From NCBI GenBank assembly GCA_023920165.1, contig CP089276.1, forward strand, positions 186,001 through 250,000: DNA of 64,000 nt, given 5' to 3'. This DNA comes from Curvularia clavata (taxonomy: Eukaryota). The number at the start of each line of letters is the position of its first letter. Position 1 is the first letter of the stretch. The position numbers were made by a program, and so were the translations under genes. The notes below the pieces were generated by a model that had not been told where the DNA came from, made no database searches, and saw nothing but the letters and a program-made list of their open reading frames with translations. Below are positions 49,890 through 63,263 of this stretch, one piece after another.

Positions 49890-51955
49890 GAATACAAAAG
49901 CATACTCATCATCATACACAATCCAGGAAAACGAGACGGAGAAAATTTAAAATAGACAACAGAATGAAGCGGAAGAGCTGAGGATTCGAGAAATAATTTT
50001 TGGAGGTAGAAATCGAGGCAAGCACCCCCAGTGTCAAAGCAACTACCAAAAGGATGCGAGACCATCACATGACCGTTGCGGCGCCAAGGAGTGGAACCTG
50101 CTAGCCAGTATGTATGATGGAAAATGAAGACCGTTCAGCGATATCCAAAAGACAAAAAGAGTCTTGTTAATAGCCAGTTGGACGCATGGATACGGTTACG
50201 TGACGGAACCTGAATCAGCTATCAGGTTCGCCCCACGAGCCACTCCGGGAGCATCTACCCCAGAATACCGGCATGTCATAGGCAATTATTCATGAACAAG
50301 AAGCACCTCAGCTTTACGCTGCAGAATTCACTTCTATACAGGGGTATAATCGAGTGTTTGGCTACGACAGTCCGCATATACCTCGTGGCACGCACTTAAC
50401 AAAACCCAGCATTCCATACCTCCGACACAAGACCGTAAAAAAACTTACGACCATCGTCATTTTCAAAATTCTCACGGCCAACATTGTCAAAACAAGCAAC
50501 AGTCCGCGATGGCGGCAAGAGCTGCATGTGAGACCAGGGACTGTGCCACTGACTGCAACGTACCTATTGTAGACCCATGCAAACTTGTGCAGCGGGGGCA
50601 CCTCGGACGGAAAGACAAATAATGGCCTAGATTGATGCCATGACTTTGTACACCCCGGCTCTTGCCCATGAATCAGACGCGACTGAAGACATATTCGACC
50701 CTTTGAAACACAAAAAGCAACCTATACAAAAATGTTCAGTGACATTCAGCGACAATTTTGCCAGCAGGCGCCCACCAGTCAGATAAGGGAGTTTCTTCAA
50801 GACGGGGGCTCGGTATAATTGAATTTTCGTCCCGTCATCAATACTCTCGGCATTCTTATCTAGCCCTACTAGCCGTCGTGATATCTTATAGACTTTATAA
50901 GTCAGGATTTGAGACAGGGACGCATTCCAGTTTTCCCATTTCTCTGCCGCTCTTCCAACAAACCCGGATGAAGGAGTTTGGCCACGAGTTCACATCCAGG
51001 TTTCCATCAGTCCACATCCCGTCCAAAACCGTGTCGTGATCGTCTGGCACTGGGGTGGCGCGACAGGATCCCGAATGTCCCGTGGCTTGGCCATGCATGT
51101 GCCTCCAGTTTAGGGTGACCCACGCCAAGCGCCACAGCCTCGGCCCCAATCATGCAAATCCGTGGGGTTATTGCATTATTGACGCTACGACTTCTATCTC
51201 TAAGTGATGTTGCATTCCTATTATCAGCGGTTTGAATTATCACAAGAAAGCCATTCCTAGTAATTAGAGGGGAGGGACCCAAGGCCCATATAGCACTGTG
51301 TATGGAAACGTGCATCTACACCGCGTTACGGGCCTTCGGTGTGTGCCTTGGAAGCGTTAGCATTGTCTGGTGAAGTTGGCGAATTTGGGATGTTTGAGAT
51401 GTTGCCCTTCGGCAGATGCTCAGCCTGCTCAATATTGTATACACTCCCTCTAGACTCTTCCTGGGTATCCCAGTCAATTCTGTCGCAGACCCAGCATACT
51501 ATGGTCGGTGTCGCAAACCATCTAGGGATTGTGTTGAAGACCAGCCACGGCTTACAATTGCTTTTGGTTGGTCCGCAGATTGCATGGGACAAGGTATCTC
51601 CCCTACATGATACATCGCTAGCAGATCTTTCCAAACTGACGGGAGAGGGTCATTCCAAGGCAATGTGATGTAGGTATGTAATGGCTTGTCATGTTGCAGA
51701 TCCGGCTGCACCTACCATGATCGTGAGGTCCATGGACTCCTTCATAGCCCCTTCTGGTATTGGCCTAGTGTCTGGTTGCTGACACCGTAGATAGCGATTG
51801 CTGTCACCCTTTCTCAGGAAACACAGCTCCTATCTTATACGCTTGCCTTTCTCTTGCCCAAACCCATCTTCTATTGCGGCTCCAACCCTCTGACCTCCTT
51901 TGGATGGTTCTTTGAAATACTTGACCACACACAATTTTCCTGAGCAGCAGCCGAG

Positions 51956-53403
51956 ATGAAGCACAATTACTCGAAAGACATGATGATCGGCTTAGCCATC
52001 GCATTTGCGATACTGCCGACCTTTTTTGTCACCTTGCGCATATGGGCGAAGCGGATATCCAAACGCATTGGGTGGGATGACTTTCTTACTATTGCTGCTC
52101 TGGTAAGAAGAAGCATGTGAGCATGCATGCTATTTCAGCGTACCGACTGACTGAGGGCAGGCCGTGTGTCTGACATGCTGTTTCCTACAACTAGCCAGTC
52201 AGTAACCCAATTACCCCTATATACAACACCTAACTTTGCGAGCAGCCGCGATACATGGCTATTTGGGCGCTCATCAGCCACTTGATGCCCAAGGCCAACC
52301 GATCATGGACGATCCTGGATTGATATTCTTCGAACAGGTCAATTTATTCACACCTAGGTCGCCCTTCTTCACTGACACGTTTCTAGACGAAGTTTGCTAT
52401 CAACATGATCTCTATCATTGGGCTTGGGCTTGTCAAGTCGTCAATCTTGATCTTGTACAAGAACATCTTTGAAGTGCCGAAGTTCCGTATCTGTGTATAC
52501 GCCGCGCTTGCTTATGTAGTAGGCTGGACTGTTAGCTTCTCGATCTCCCATCTGTTTACATGCTACCCTATCACCGTCTTCATCGAGCCTTATTACGGTA
52601 ATAGTTGTGTTGAGACTGTTCCCATGTTTCTAGCACTCCTGGTGAGTCACTTATTACATCATCCGCCTGGTTCTGGGAGCAAAGGATCTGCTTCGGCATT
52701 GATTGATACCAGGAGTTCACAGTATATGCTAACCGTCTGAGCAGTACACCGACGTTATTGCGGACATTGTCATCCTTATTCTACCCATACCCATGGTATT
52801 GAGCGTGCGAATGGAAATGAGGAAGAAGATAGCCGTTATTGTGATGCTTTCCTTGGGCGCAGCGTAAGCCATTTTCTTCCTGCACTTGAACTTTCAGAAC
52901 ATAACTGACAAAACAGCGTATGTGCTGTCTCCATTACACGAGTCGTCGCTACGTATTCTATAGCACAAGAATACATCAAACATCCCGACGATGTCATTTA
53001 CTACACAGCGCCCGTCTTCTTCTGGACCAACATCGAGCTATCTTTGGGCCTCATATGTGCATGCTTACCTACCCTGCGACCGATTTGGTTCTTCTTCTAC
53101 CCAAGAGAGCAGACAAAGACTGGCTACGGCTACGGCTCTTCAGGCCGTGGCTATGGATCGTCGGGCTTGCATGGCACCAAAGGTAGCTCGTTCAGTGGCA
53201 AGCTGGCACGAAAACCCTATCAAGAGATTGACGAGATAGGTACATAAACTCACTCACAACACAAGTAACGCACACACTAATGCTATGCAGAGCTGACAAC
53301 TCGATCCGAGGACGCTCCCACGCCACCAGAAGACATTTCTACAACCAGTGTCAATCGACGCGGGATCATGAAGGAGGTCACCATTCATCAAACCCTTGGG
53401 TGA
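51956..53403 (+). CDS. PTH11-like (fungal rhodopsin domain) integral membrane protein, no CFEM domain
   Basis: FVTLRIWAKRISKRIGWDDFL, LVKSSILILYKNIF, FTCYPI, DIVILILPIPMV, WTNIELSLGLICACLPTLRP. About six introns, TGA at 53401-53403. Confidence 0.88.
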
Positions 53404-54277
53404 GTCCTAAGCGAGGTATATCATCCTGTCTCTATAGCCTTGGTTTTAGGACAACAACATTAGCTCATTGGTCCATGTAATAGTATGTATGTCGCTACAT
53501 CCAGTGACTACGCTTCGGAGTCGCTCTCTACTGGTTAGCCTGTTACTAAACTCGATAGATGACCGAGATAATGATTGGAAGATAAAGTTCCCAACTGTAT
53601 GGTTCATTCGGCCGTTTTATGCGCCACCATCACCAAGTGCCAAGTCAGGAATGATACGTTGTCTTGCCCGCGTTCCGAGAGCACGTTTCAGAGAATGGCC
53701 TTGTTCCTGCATCAATGTAACCTCAGTCTTCACCTAATTTCTCGACAGATTATACGGGCCCGGGAGGAGGCTAGGCATTTCGCCCCACACAACTGTTCAC
53801 GAATGGTGAAACCATCCGAGAATCCTGTTCATGCCAGGCCATTTTCTGCCTAGCTGTGGGGTTTTCGACGGTATATCTGCGGGGGTGACACGGCATTTGG
53901 GGGTGGGGGCAGCGTGCCGGGAGCGGCTCGCAAAGAAGGACCTTTCAAGGGCAAGAGCCAGATGCGGCTACACCCGCGGGCGTCGGTCCAACTCTCAACC
54001 AGCGTATCAATCAATCAATCACCCATGGCCTGAACAACGGCCACAGCACCCAAATCTAGACCGGCTTAGCTCAACATGCATCTGTCGTTAGCGACAACGT
54101 GATTTTGGCGGCTAGTTTGTCAATGCAGGGAGGCAAATTCCATTGCGTGGTCCTATTTGACTTGCTGTTGGAGGGATCCCATTCAAGCGTGCATGCTGCT
54201 GGTAGGCCTGACGGTAATTAAAAAGCTGTTGAACCGCCAGCCATGGATTCGGTACCGCCAATCTTGTCTCTGTCACA

Positions 54278-55858
54278 ATGAAGGTCTTGTCTCTCTTGGT
54301 TTCTTTTGCTGCGGCGGTGTCTGCGCTTGCTCTCCAGCCGAGAGACGTCGCATCCGACCTGAGCAAACTGGTACCGGCATCTGAAATCAACATCGAGGTC
54401 AAGGCCCGCTGGAGTGACTACAACGCACCATTACCCTCAGTCACCGTCAGCGTGAAAGCTGAAGATGAGGTTGCAAAGATTGTGAGTTCAATCATCCAAT
54501 GCCCTTGCAGTGACTAATGGGAAGTGTAGGTCAAATACTGCACCAAAGTTGGAATCCCATTTCTAGCACAGAATGGAGGAGTTTCATGGGCGAAGACATT
54601 CAAGTTGGGAAAATGGGGAGTCCTTATTGACCTTGCTGGTCTCGGCGGTGTCACTATTGCTGCGGATAAGAAGACAGCGACGATTGGTGGTGGCGCAAGT
54701 ATTGGAGATGTCATCGCAGCAGCGAATGCTGCAGGTGCTCTGGTCTTTACTGGCAACTGCAACTGCGTTGGTGCCCTTGGAGCCATGCTTGGTGGTGGCT
54801 ATGGTACGCACAACTCAATCGGGCACACGAGAAGCCTAAGCTTACTGTTGTATAGGCAACTTGTTAGGCGAAGTTGGTTTTGGAGCTGATAACATGATCT
54901 CTGCTCGCGTTGTCACCGCAGCGGGTGAATTGGTTACCGCATCAGCCACATCTAACCCCGACCTCTTTTGGGCTCTTCGCGGAGCAGGACCAAATTTTGG
55001 AATCGTTGTTTCCGCAACCGTCAACTCGATGGCTGCGACTGAAGAAGACCGCACCGCCTTCATCAACAACCTCTTTTTCTCACCCGACAAACTGGAGCAA
55101 GTTGCGCAAGCGATCGAAGACCTTCCACTCACACCACAACAGCGTGTCTATCTGGTCTTGACCTCCAGCGGCGAGCCACTCAACGAGCCCTCCATCCTGG
55201 TCACGGGATTTCTCCGTAGGGGAACCAACGAAACTGGTCGCAAGGCCTTCGCTCCTTTGTACAATATCGGACCCATATCTGAGTCCGGCGGCGTCACCAC
55301 TTACGACCACTGGAACGATGCAAACATCGGTTTCTGCTCTCGCGGGGGCCGCAAGCCTGGATACAGCTCGACACTGAAGACCATGAATGCTCCGAAATGG
55401 CCGCAGGTCTGGGATCTGTATAAGGGCTTTCAGGCCAAGGCTCCAAACTCTGCTATGCTGGTCGAGCGGTACAATTTGACTAAAGCCCAGTCGGCACCAG
55501 TTGGCTCAGTCGCCTTGAACGAGGCACTTCGACGGGATGCATTTGCTCAGGCCATCGTTCTCCCGTGGTACGAAGATGCGAGCCTGGATCCCGAGGCGCT
55601 GGATTTTGGAAGCAAGGTCAGGGCTCTGTGGTCGAGGAGCAGTGATCCGAAGAACGACCCTACGTAAGTCATTTTGCATTTACTGTGGTTGGAAGAGAGT
55701 TGTGGCTAACAAGTTTTCCCGACAGGTATCCCAACTTTGCATTTGGAGACGAGACGAATAAAGCTATCTATGGCACTAGTCTTGCGAAGCTGAAGACGCT
55801 GAAGAAGAAGTACGATCCTCGGGGTGTTTTTAGCCAATGGTTCCCGATACAGGTGTAA
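54278..55858 (+). CDS. Secreted FAD-linked oxidoreductase (berberine-bridge-enzyme/VAO-PCMH family)
   Basis: Signal peptide MKVLSLLVSFAAAVSA, FLAQNGGVSW, CVGALGAMLGGGYG, PDLFWALRGAGPNFGIV, and a C-terminal BBE motif (YPNFA...LKTLKKKYDPRGVF). Three introns. Confidence 0.92.
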
Positions 55859-56324
55859 AGGCATGGAGCTGAGTATATATCTTAGCCTCTTGACACTAAA
55901 TGTTGAGAAGATCAAATTTGCAAACGCAAAGTGCTTGCTTTTGTGTCGTAACGCATTCTGGGGTTGATATCGGCTCTAAACCACTCATCTCAACGTTTGT
56001 CGGCCATTTTAGTTTCCCAACGAAGCGAATGTTTAGCATGCCGACCGGATGCAAGACCAGGGTATGTGGGTGTCTATAACTTCGGATATGAGGCGCGGTG
56101 CACTGGGACTATCACATCGTATACATGTCGGCCCAATCCCCAGCCCCAAACTGTGTTTTCGGTGTATCTGCGATAGCTCGTATCTGCGAATAATTTCCCT
56201 CCTCGTGAACAACCTCTGTACCCGAACATAGTGAAATTCCTGCACCTTTTTTTAAGTACCCAGCAAGCGGAATGCCCGGGATCACAGAGCCACAAACTTT
56301 CGTTCATACCCCCAGGTGCATGAT

Positions 56325-57209
56325 TCAATCTAAACTATCCGGCATCTTCTGTACGGAAAACGTCTGCTCGCCAAACATGCTCTTGAAGGCTGGTATCTTC
56401 TTCCTTGTCATCCAGACTGTGAGCACTGGCACTTTCCTCTTGCGCATCGCGTCTTTCTCAGCACCCGTGTCCTGCAAGCTATGGCCATCTACATCCATAG
56501 GTTCGAATGCCTCGTCTTCTTCGTCTTCATCTTCCTGGGCATTCTGAGCCTCCTCCACATCTCCACTCTTAACCGCTTGTTCTGTAGAACCTCCCTTTCG
56601 CTCGACCTCAACACTTGTAAGCATCGTATATATAGCCCACGTCTCGACCTGCGGATTCCGGTCTTGCTCTTTCTCGCTAGGCGCTACGATTCTGCGAACC
56701 ATATCGATGATACCTACTAGCTTGGTTGTGCCTTCACCCTGCGCCGACACCGCTATGATGGCATCTTCTCTCTTTAAAGCATCTGGTAGTTCAATCGTAG
56801 AGGCTGGGTCCTTGTACGCGCCCAAGTACGTCTTTAACCGGTTTATGCCAGATTTTACATTCTGGTTTTTAGAGATGACAATGGGTGCAATGTTTTCTGT
56901 GCTTTGAAGGCGATTCTGGCTTGAGAGTTGCTTGAAGAGATTGGGAGGTAGGCGTGTCCAGGGTTCGTAGAGAGAGGGATGTATTGTAGATGGTAAGACT
57001 TGTTGCGATGGCTTCTTTGTTGCGGTGCTGGAATTGCCGTTTGTAGCTTTTCGTCTCTTGCTCGGTTCTGTTTCATTTTCTGGGGCCCCAATTATGGGTA
57101 ATGTAGGTCCTTCGCTCGAATATGGCGGTGTTGCTGTGACGGCGGTGGTGTTCGTGTCCTTCTCAGAGGAAGATGCGAATAACTCGCTCATGCGCTTTGG
57201 TTTTGCCAT
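56325..57209 (-). CDS. Alba-like nucleic-acid-binding domain protein
   Basis: IVISKNQNVKSGINRL...IIAVSAQGEGTTKLVGIIDMVRR...acidic insert...RKVPVLTVWMTRKKIPAFKSMFGEQ resembles the fungal Alba-like family. Start taken as MAKPKR (57209). Confidence 0.65.
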   Translation of the reverse strand: MAKPKRMSELFASSSEKDTNTTAVTATPPYSSEGPTLPIIGAPENETEPSKRRKATNGNSSTATKKPSQQVLPSTIHPSLYEPWTRLPPNLFKQLSSQNRLQSTENIAPIVISKNQNVKSGINRLKTYLGAYKDPASTIELPDALKREDAIIAVSAQGEGTTKLVGIIDMVRRIVAPSEKEQDRNPQVETWAIYTMLTSVEVERKGGSTEQAVKSGDVEEAQNAQEDEDEEDEAFEPMDVDGHSLQDTGAEKDAMRKRKVPVLTVWMTRKKIPAFKSMFGEQTFSVQKMPDSLD

Positions 57210-57718
57210 GCCCGTCACGTATAAAATGGACGTGCCCCGCAAGATTGTCTACTTGAATGATTGGTTGGCTTTGTGAGTTCACTGCCAAATACGCAGTGAC
57301 AATATTTAGGAAGCTGAACGCGCCAAAATCTCTAGACGCGCCGGAGATAACAGGCCGTGTTTGCTCTTATCGCCGACAAGGTAATCACATAATGTCACGT
57401 GACTTTTGACTCTACCCTGGAGGGGTGCCTCTATAGCTTTTACACTAGTTGCAATACACAATCAATTCACCAAGGCGTCCGTACTGATCTATAAAACCTC
57501 ACTCTTGGCTCGTATCGAGAGCACAAACGTCCCTGTCTATTTCATAGTACTAGGTCACACACCCTTCACATTATCATGGATGATACAGTATCGGAGCCTC
57601 GTGTCTCAGTGAGGCTCGCGACATGAGATGCTAACCAATGCAACATTACGTATCAGCTTACCAGCTAACCTGAGGGTTCTGATGGCTAATTGACTCCATT
57701 CCGTGCGCTAGAGATGCG

Positions 57719-58162
57719 ATGTCATCCTCAAGTTTTCTGACAATCCCACCTGAGATTCGCGTAATGATATACGAATACATATTCACCAAGGAATTTGTCG
57801 TTGTAAGCCCTCGAAATCCCGGTGCACTTAGAATCCTGCGCAAACCACAGCGCCAGGGACTCCCTGAATACCAACATGTCCTGAATCCACTCTTGGTGTG
57901 TCGGGAGATCCGCAGGGAAGCAATGCCTGTTTTCTTTGCGCATGTCACTCTCGATATGGTGCACTTTTGCGACCCGTTTCCGCCTTTACAAGGATGTCCA
58001 AACATATGCCGAAATATCACATCAATACGCGTTGATCCCAAGATGACACGCAGCCTGGTTACTTATCATCGGTGGCGCTTACCATTTGATACGAGATATC
58101 GACACTTTCTGCCGTCTTTGCGGCATATGTATATGGCAGAGAACCGGAGCTTCCTGCAATAG
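57719..58162 (+). CDS. Small protein with N-terminal F-box-like motif, possibly truncated
   Basis: SSFLTIPPEIRVMIYEYIF and LLVCREIRREAMPVFF are typical of fungal F-box-like/2EXR-like proteins. Confidence 0.65.
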   Translation: MSSSSFLTIPPEIRVMIYEYIFTKEFVVVSPRNPGALRILRKPQRQGLPEYQHVLNPLLVCREIRREAMPVFFAHVTLDMVHFCDPFPPLQGCPNICRNITSIRVDPKMTRSLVTYHRWRLPFDTRYRHFLPSLRHMYMAENRSFLQ

Positions 58163-58360
58163 GATTCACGACATAAATTGGCGACTTCCGCTCTACGGCT
58201 GTTGCTGAGATGTAGGGACTTGCCAGTTCACATTGGAACACATCCTAAGTAGGGCAGAGACATTCCTGAAGATTTGAGTGCCATTTTAGAACTGTAATCT
58301 TGGTAAAAGCACGATGTTGCCGCCTACAATCGTCAATTACACTAAACCATGTCATTCTCT

Positions 58361-59148
58361 TCAAATCTTCCGATAAATAGCGGCATCAATCCCCTCGGCC
58401 TCACTCATAACCTTCTTCGTCCACTCGCTCACAGGTTCCAACGCCTTCACCGTATCTCCCAACGCATTCCTCTCCTCGAACTCGTGGATAGCCAGACAAG
58501 AAAACTGCTTCTCTTTCTCGGCTTCACTATCGGTCCCTCGCTGCGCAACTAACGAATACCGACACGTACGCAGCCACCCGGGCTGCTGCGACATTTGCTC
58601 ATTGTGCTCTTCGCGGTACCAGGCATCTAGCTCTGCGGCACCGCCTGGCGCTGGCTGCATGAGTGCTACAAGGAGTGTATGCGCAGGGTTATCTGGGTCA
58701 ATATGAATTAGTGAATGTTTAGACTACAGTCGTCAGCACTGTCTTTCTTTCTTTTCCTTTGATATTTCCGCTCAAAACTCTGTCCATTGTCTTTCTCCTC
58801 ATATACATAGACTGAAACAAACACAATCAAAAACATTTAAAAATTAAGAAAAAAAACGAACATACCTTTCCCCTTCTCGAACACTTGTACCCCCTCAAAC
58901 ACCCTGACATCCACCTTTTCCACCCCTTCCTTCTCACCCCAAAACTTGCACACCTGTGCTACATCCACATATGCTACGTCGTCGACGGTGCTGACGACAA
59001 GATATGGTTTGGAGTATGTGGGGTCAGCGGCTTTATAGAGGACAGAGGATGTTGTTCTAGGGATGTGGGATGTGGAGATTTTCTCGGAAGAAGAGGAGAT
59101 GGGGTAAAGGAATGATAGGATAGTGCCTTTGGTGGTGGAAGACGGCAT
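58361..59148 (-). CDS. Dimeric alpha+beta barrel (EthD-like) protein
   Basis: Exon 1 MPSSTTKGTIL...LYKAADP...VDVRVFE. Exon 2 LLVALMQPAPGGAAELDAWYREEHNEQMSQQPGWLRTCRY...LAIHEF. Intron at about 58694-58865. Confidence 0.65.
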
Positions 59149-59531
59149 TGTGAGGATACGACTAAGAATAAATGCACATAAGGTACAAGATTATTTTTCT
59201 TTCTTCTTAGCAACCCAGGTGTATAAGAGAAATCATCCAAGATGCTTCGCATATTATACGTCCGGTTCGCGGGAACATAGTACGTATGTAAGAGGCCTTG
59301 TCGTTGTCCCGCAATTTATCCGGTTGAGGTTTTCCGAAACATAAGATGGTTAGGTTGAACGAAACATTGTGGCATAGACGTGGGCAAACTTAGACAAGAG
59401 CAAAGAAGCAAGAAGGCTCAATTCAAGAAAGGAGAAGCACATACATCTTCTCTATGGATATTCTTTGTCTAACGTGTTTACAAATACATCTAACATCTAG
59501 GCAGTCTTTATGATTTACACGTCGTCATCAA

Positions 59532-61718
59532 TTACAACTTGCTCTTCTCAATGCGCTTGAACAAAACATCGCTATCCGGGTAGGGATCTACTGTGATGTC
59601 ATTGAGCGGGTTGAGCTCGCTGGCGCGGTGGAACAGGTCCTCGTATACTTTGCCGTCTGCGCGGCCCAGACTGCTGTCCAGAACCCAGTCGTCGAAGCCC
59701 CAGGCATCTACGAGGCTGACGGCGTGTGGGCGGATGTCCTTAAGCAGGCCCATGACGGTGTTTGTTCTGGCCAGGGTAATCTGCTGCTTGCTGCAGGCAC
59801 CCGAGGCATAGAACTCGGCGCCTTCCTGCTCAAGAGTGTGCAGAGCGAAAAGGCGGAAAAGCTTCATCAGCACATTGAGGAGGTTCTTGTCGACCTTACC
59901 CTCCTGCTCAATCTTCTTGAGTGTGGAGAGGTTAGTCTTGACAACCATGTACTGCGCATGGGCCTTGCTTAGACGGTAGAAATCAACAAGGAGATCGTTC
60001 CATGGCTTCTTCTGCTCATCGCGGTGCTTGCTGGCCTCGAAGGCAAGGAAAGAGGTGCGCCAGGCAAAGGCAGCAACGAGATCCTCATCCGAGCCAATGA
60101 TGTCAAAGGCACAGCCGATGTTGCGGCGAGAGTGGAACTCGGCAAGAATCTGGGTAGTGTCGTTGGAGGGCTTTTCGCCCTTGAGGACAGAGCGGACGGA
60201 CTTGAGCATCTGCGAGGAATGTGAGTATGGTGAGAGAATATTTGAAGATACAAACTTACGTATCGAGCTACTTGCTGAGACAACATGTAGTTGTCACCCT
60301 CCCAAGTAGGGGTAGGAAGGTAGTCGGCATACCAAGGTCCGATACCACTGAAGCTAGAGTAGCCGTGACCACCGCAGGCTCGTCGGCAGACCTCCAGGCC
60401 TTCAGCTGCAATAGAACTGCTGAGCGACTTCAGAGCACAGGAGGAAGCGTGGAGGTCCGCCAGCATGTCACTACCAGACTGAACCTCCTCAGGTCCAGCA
60501 CCACGATTGCTTGGTGCATTGGTAGCACTGCCCTGAGCAATCTTCTTTTGGTTCTCCTGGTACATTTCCATCATAGCCTTTCCGGTGAAATGAAGGGCAA
60601 AGGTTGCTGCAAGAAGTGGCAGCAGACGGATCTGGACCATGGTGTAGTTGAGGACCGGCGTCTCAACGCCACCAGCGGGAGCATCGCGGTCCTGGAACTG
60701 ACGACGCACAGCACAGTAACGGGTTGCGATAGTCACACCCCGAGCGAGTGTGGCGCCAGCCTGCATGACGATCGTCGACCGAACCCAAGTTAGGGTACCG
60801 TAGACGAGAGATGGCGAGCCTCGTCGAGCGAACTTGTTGGTGTTGGGGTCCACGTGTGTGTAGCGAGCCAACATGCTAATATGTGGAACCTTGACGTTGT
60901 TGAACAGAAGGAAACCGTTGTCCATGGTGTTGTAACCAAACTTGGGGCCAATGTCTCCAATGTGGATGTTCTCGAGCGGCTCATGTGTCTTGAGGTCTCG
61001 GATCTGGACGCAGAAGGGTGTTGGTCCATAGGACTTGCCATCGACGATGAGCTGAGCCATGACGATAGCGTGGTTGGCTGTCCTTCCCAATGAGCCGATC
61101 CACCACTTGCTAGCTGTGAGATGGGGCGAGTGGATGGTAAAGGTCTTGTCGTCCTTGTTCCAAGTCGCCGTTGTTTCGAGTCCACGAACGTTGGAGCCGT
61201 GACCGAGCTCAGTCTGAGCATAACATCCAATGATCTTGTAGTCGTTGGCCTTTGTGAGCCACTTTTCCTGCTGTTCCGGAGTGCCCTGGCCTTCGAGTGT
61301 GACCTGTGCTACTGTCAATACATTGCCGATTTGGTAGTTGGACCAAAAGTAGTACCTTGAACATGGAGTCGTGAAGGCCATATGGGCCAGGCTCACTGAT
61401 GAGGTCTGCAGCCATGCGAAACTCTTCCAAGGTCCAGTTGTGCTGCCTCTTCAAGATCCTCAACCTCTTCTCTCTTGCAAGGGCTTGTTCGAACCTGTCT
61501 ATCCTGCCCATGAAGTAGTTTTGTGACTTGTCAAAGACCTTCTCTGACTTGAGGATGGCGAGGATCTTCTGTCTCCTGTCGATGACATCCTGAGTGTGTA
61601 TCAGGACCTCGAGGTCGCGCACCGGTACGTTTGAGCCGGCGCGCTCTGCGGCGAGCAATTCGTGGCCTTGGGGGCCCGAAGGCTTGAGCTGCTTGACCCA
61701 GTCTGGATTTGACCTCAT
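59532..61718 (-). CDS. POX1: Peroxisomal acyl-CoA oxidase (PTS1 -SKL)
   Basis: IIGCYAQTELGHGSNVRGLETTATW, KWWIGSLG, GDIGPKFG, IATRYCAVRRQF, CRRACGGHGYS, TWEGDN, C-terminal SKL. Two introns. Confidence 0.97.
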
Positions 61719-61800
61719 TGTAGTGTTTGATTGAAGTAGGGATTGATGGGGGAAAGAACGGGGTTATGGGGGAGTGAATAAGTATGGGTCAAGAGGCGAG

Positions 61801-62156
61801 CCTCGGCTCGATTGTGATGGTAAGGTCCATGACGCGCTAAACAAAGTTCCGAGGTCTATCTAACGCACGAGGCGCGCGCCAGCCCCAGATTACAATCAGA
61901 TGAAAGTCCGACAGTGAACGTGAACGAGACCGAGACCAGTGGGCTAGAAGGGCTTGTGACTATGCTCGTGATGACGCAGATGTTGTAGGCGCGCACATGT
62001 CCGATGGAGTTTTTGAGCTGGCCAATGGGGCATCTGTAACCGATTTGGCCCAGTCGATTGGTAGAAGCGAGCCCTGGCGAAGCCGACTGCAGCAATGCCG
62101 TCCCGACGTGTGCGTGCTCGTCCCGACAACGTATAGCCGGGACAGAGTGGCCGAGG
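61801..62156. promoter_or_regulatory. Three FarA/FarB (Ctf1)-type CCTCGG/CCGAGG elements upstream of acyl-CoA oxidase
   Basis: CCTCGG at 61801, CCGAGG at 61849 and 62151. This hexamer is the established fatty-acid-induction element of filamentous ascomycetes. Confidence 0.65.
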
Positions 62157-63263
62157 CCGCCTGTCCTTGTGTAGCTCAAAGGCGTGCAAACATGCCAGGT
62201 GGAACAAAGAGGAACCTGTCAGCACACGATCAACGTTAGGGTTAGCGTGTGTTCACTTGACTCTTGCGGCGTGGCCCTAGCAACGCAACTATGTGTGCAG
62301 TACAGTACAAGTGGACATGGGTTCGGCAGTGAGATAGCCGCAGCCCCATGGCAAGCGAGCACAGATGTGTGTCTCCCAAGTCCAAGGGACCCTTTGAGTG
62401 CGCAGCTGTCTCGAGTAAAGGCGAGCAAGCGTTGCGAAGAGGCTATTGGTCGGGCTGCATGTCTACCCGACGTGCTAGGCAATGGACCCGGGCGCAGCAT
62501 CTGGACCCTTTGATATTCCAGCCTGGCGGTCCAAGGTGACGAGCAAGCCCGCTCTAGCCATTGTGTTGAGAGATAGACAGAGCGAGAGAAGAGAGACGGA
62601 CGGAGCAGGCCGGCCATGTCGTCCGTGGCGGGGAGGAGGAGGAGGCTGATACGGGTACTCAGGCCCAGCGGCTGCGAGCATGTGGCACGCGAGCTCCTGC
62701 AGAGGCCGTGGCAGAGCAAAAGCAACCTCTGCCTGGCCTGTCTGTCGTTGCATTGCCGTGCACAGCCTCGAGGCGGCCCAGGGAGCGGCCCATGAACAGG
62801 CCGAGCGCGTATGTGCAGGCAGAAACGACCAAATCAGTTGTGCCGGCTCGAGCTGGTGGGGAAACGGAACAGAGAATGCGCTCCCCGTCGTCATCGCATT
62901 TGGCCTCGAACAAAACAGCCACAGCACTTAGCGTGCACGGCCTTGCTGGCGGCTGTCAGGTAGCGGAGGGAGCGTCACTTTCTTGCCTACAACACCAAGA
63001 GCCCGCCTGGCCAATTTCTCCTCCTCTGCCAGCCTAAGCACGCACGCAATTCTTTTTCCCATCCCGCTGCCTCAGGCCCCATCCGAGTTCCAAGCACGGG
63101 ACTAGTCGGCCTCCCGCTCGTCCCTGCGTCTACCTAACTCCCAAGCAGAACCCCCACACAACACCTATATACTGTCTGCAATTCTATGCCCCCAACGAGG
63201 CCCCCGACAACCCCCAGACTCTCTCTTCCCTCCTCCCACAAGTCCTCTTAGGTACAGGGCAAA

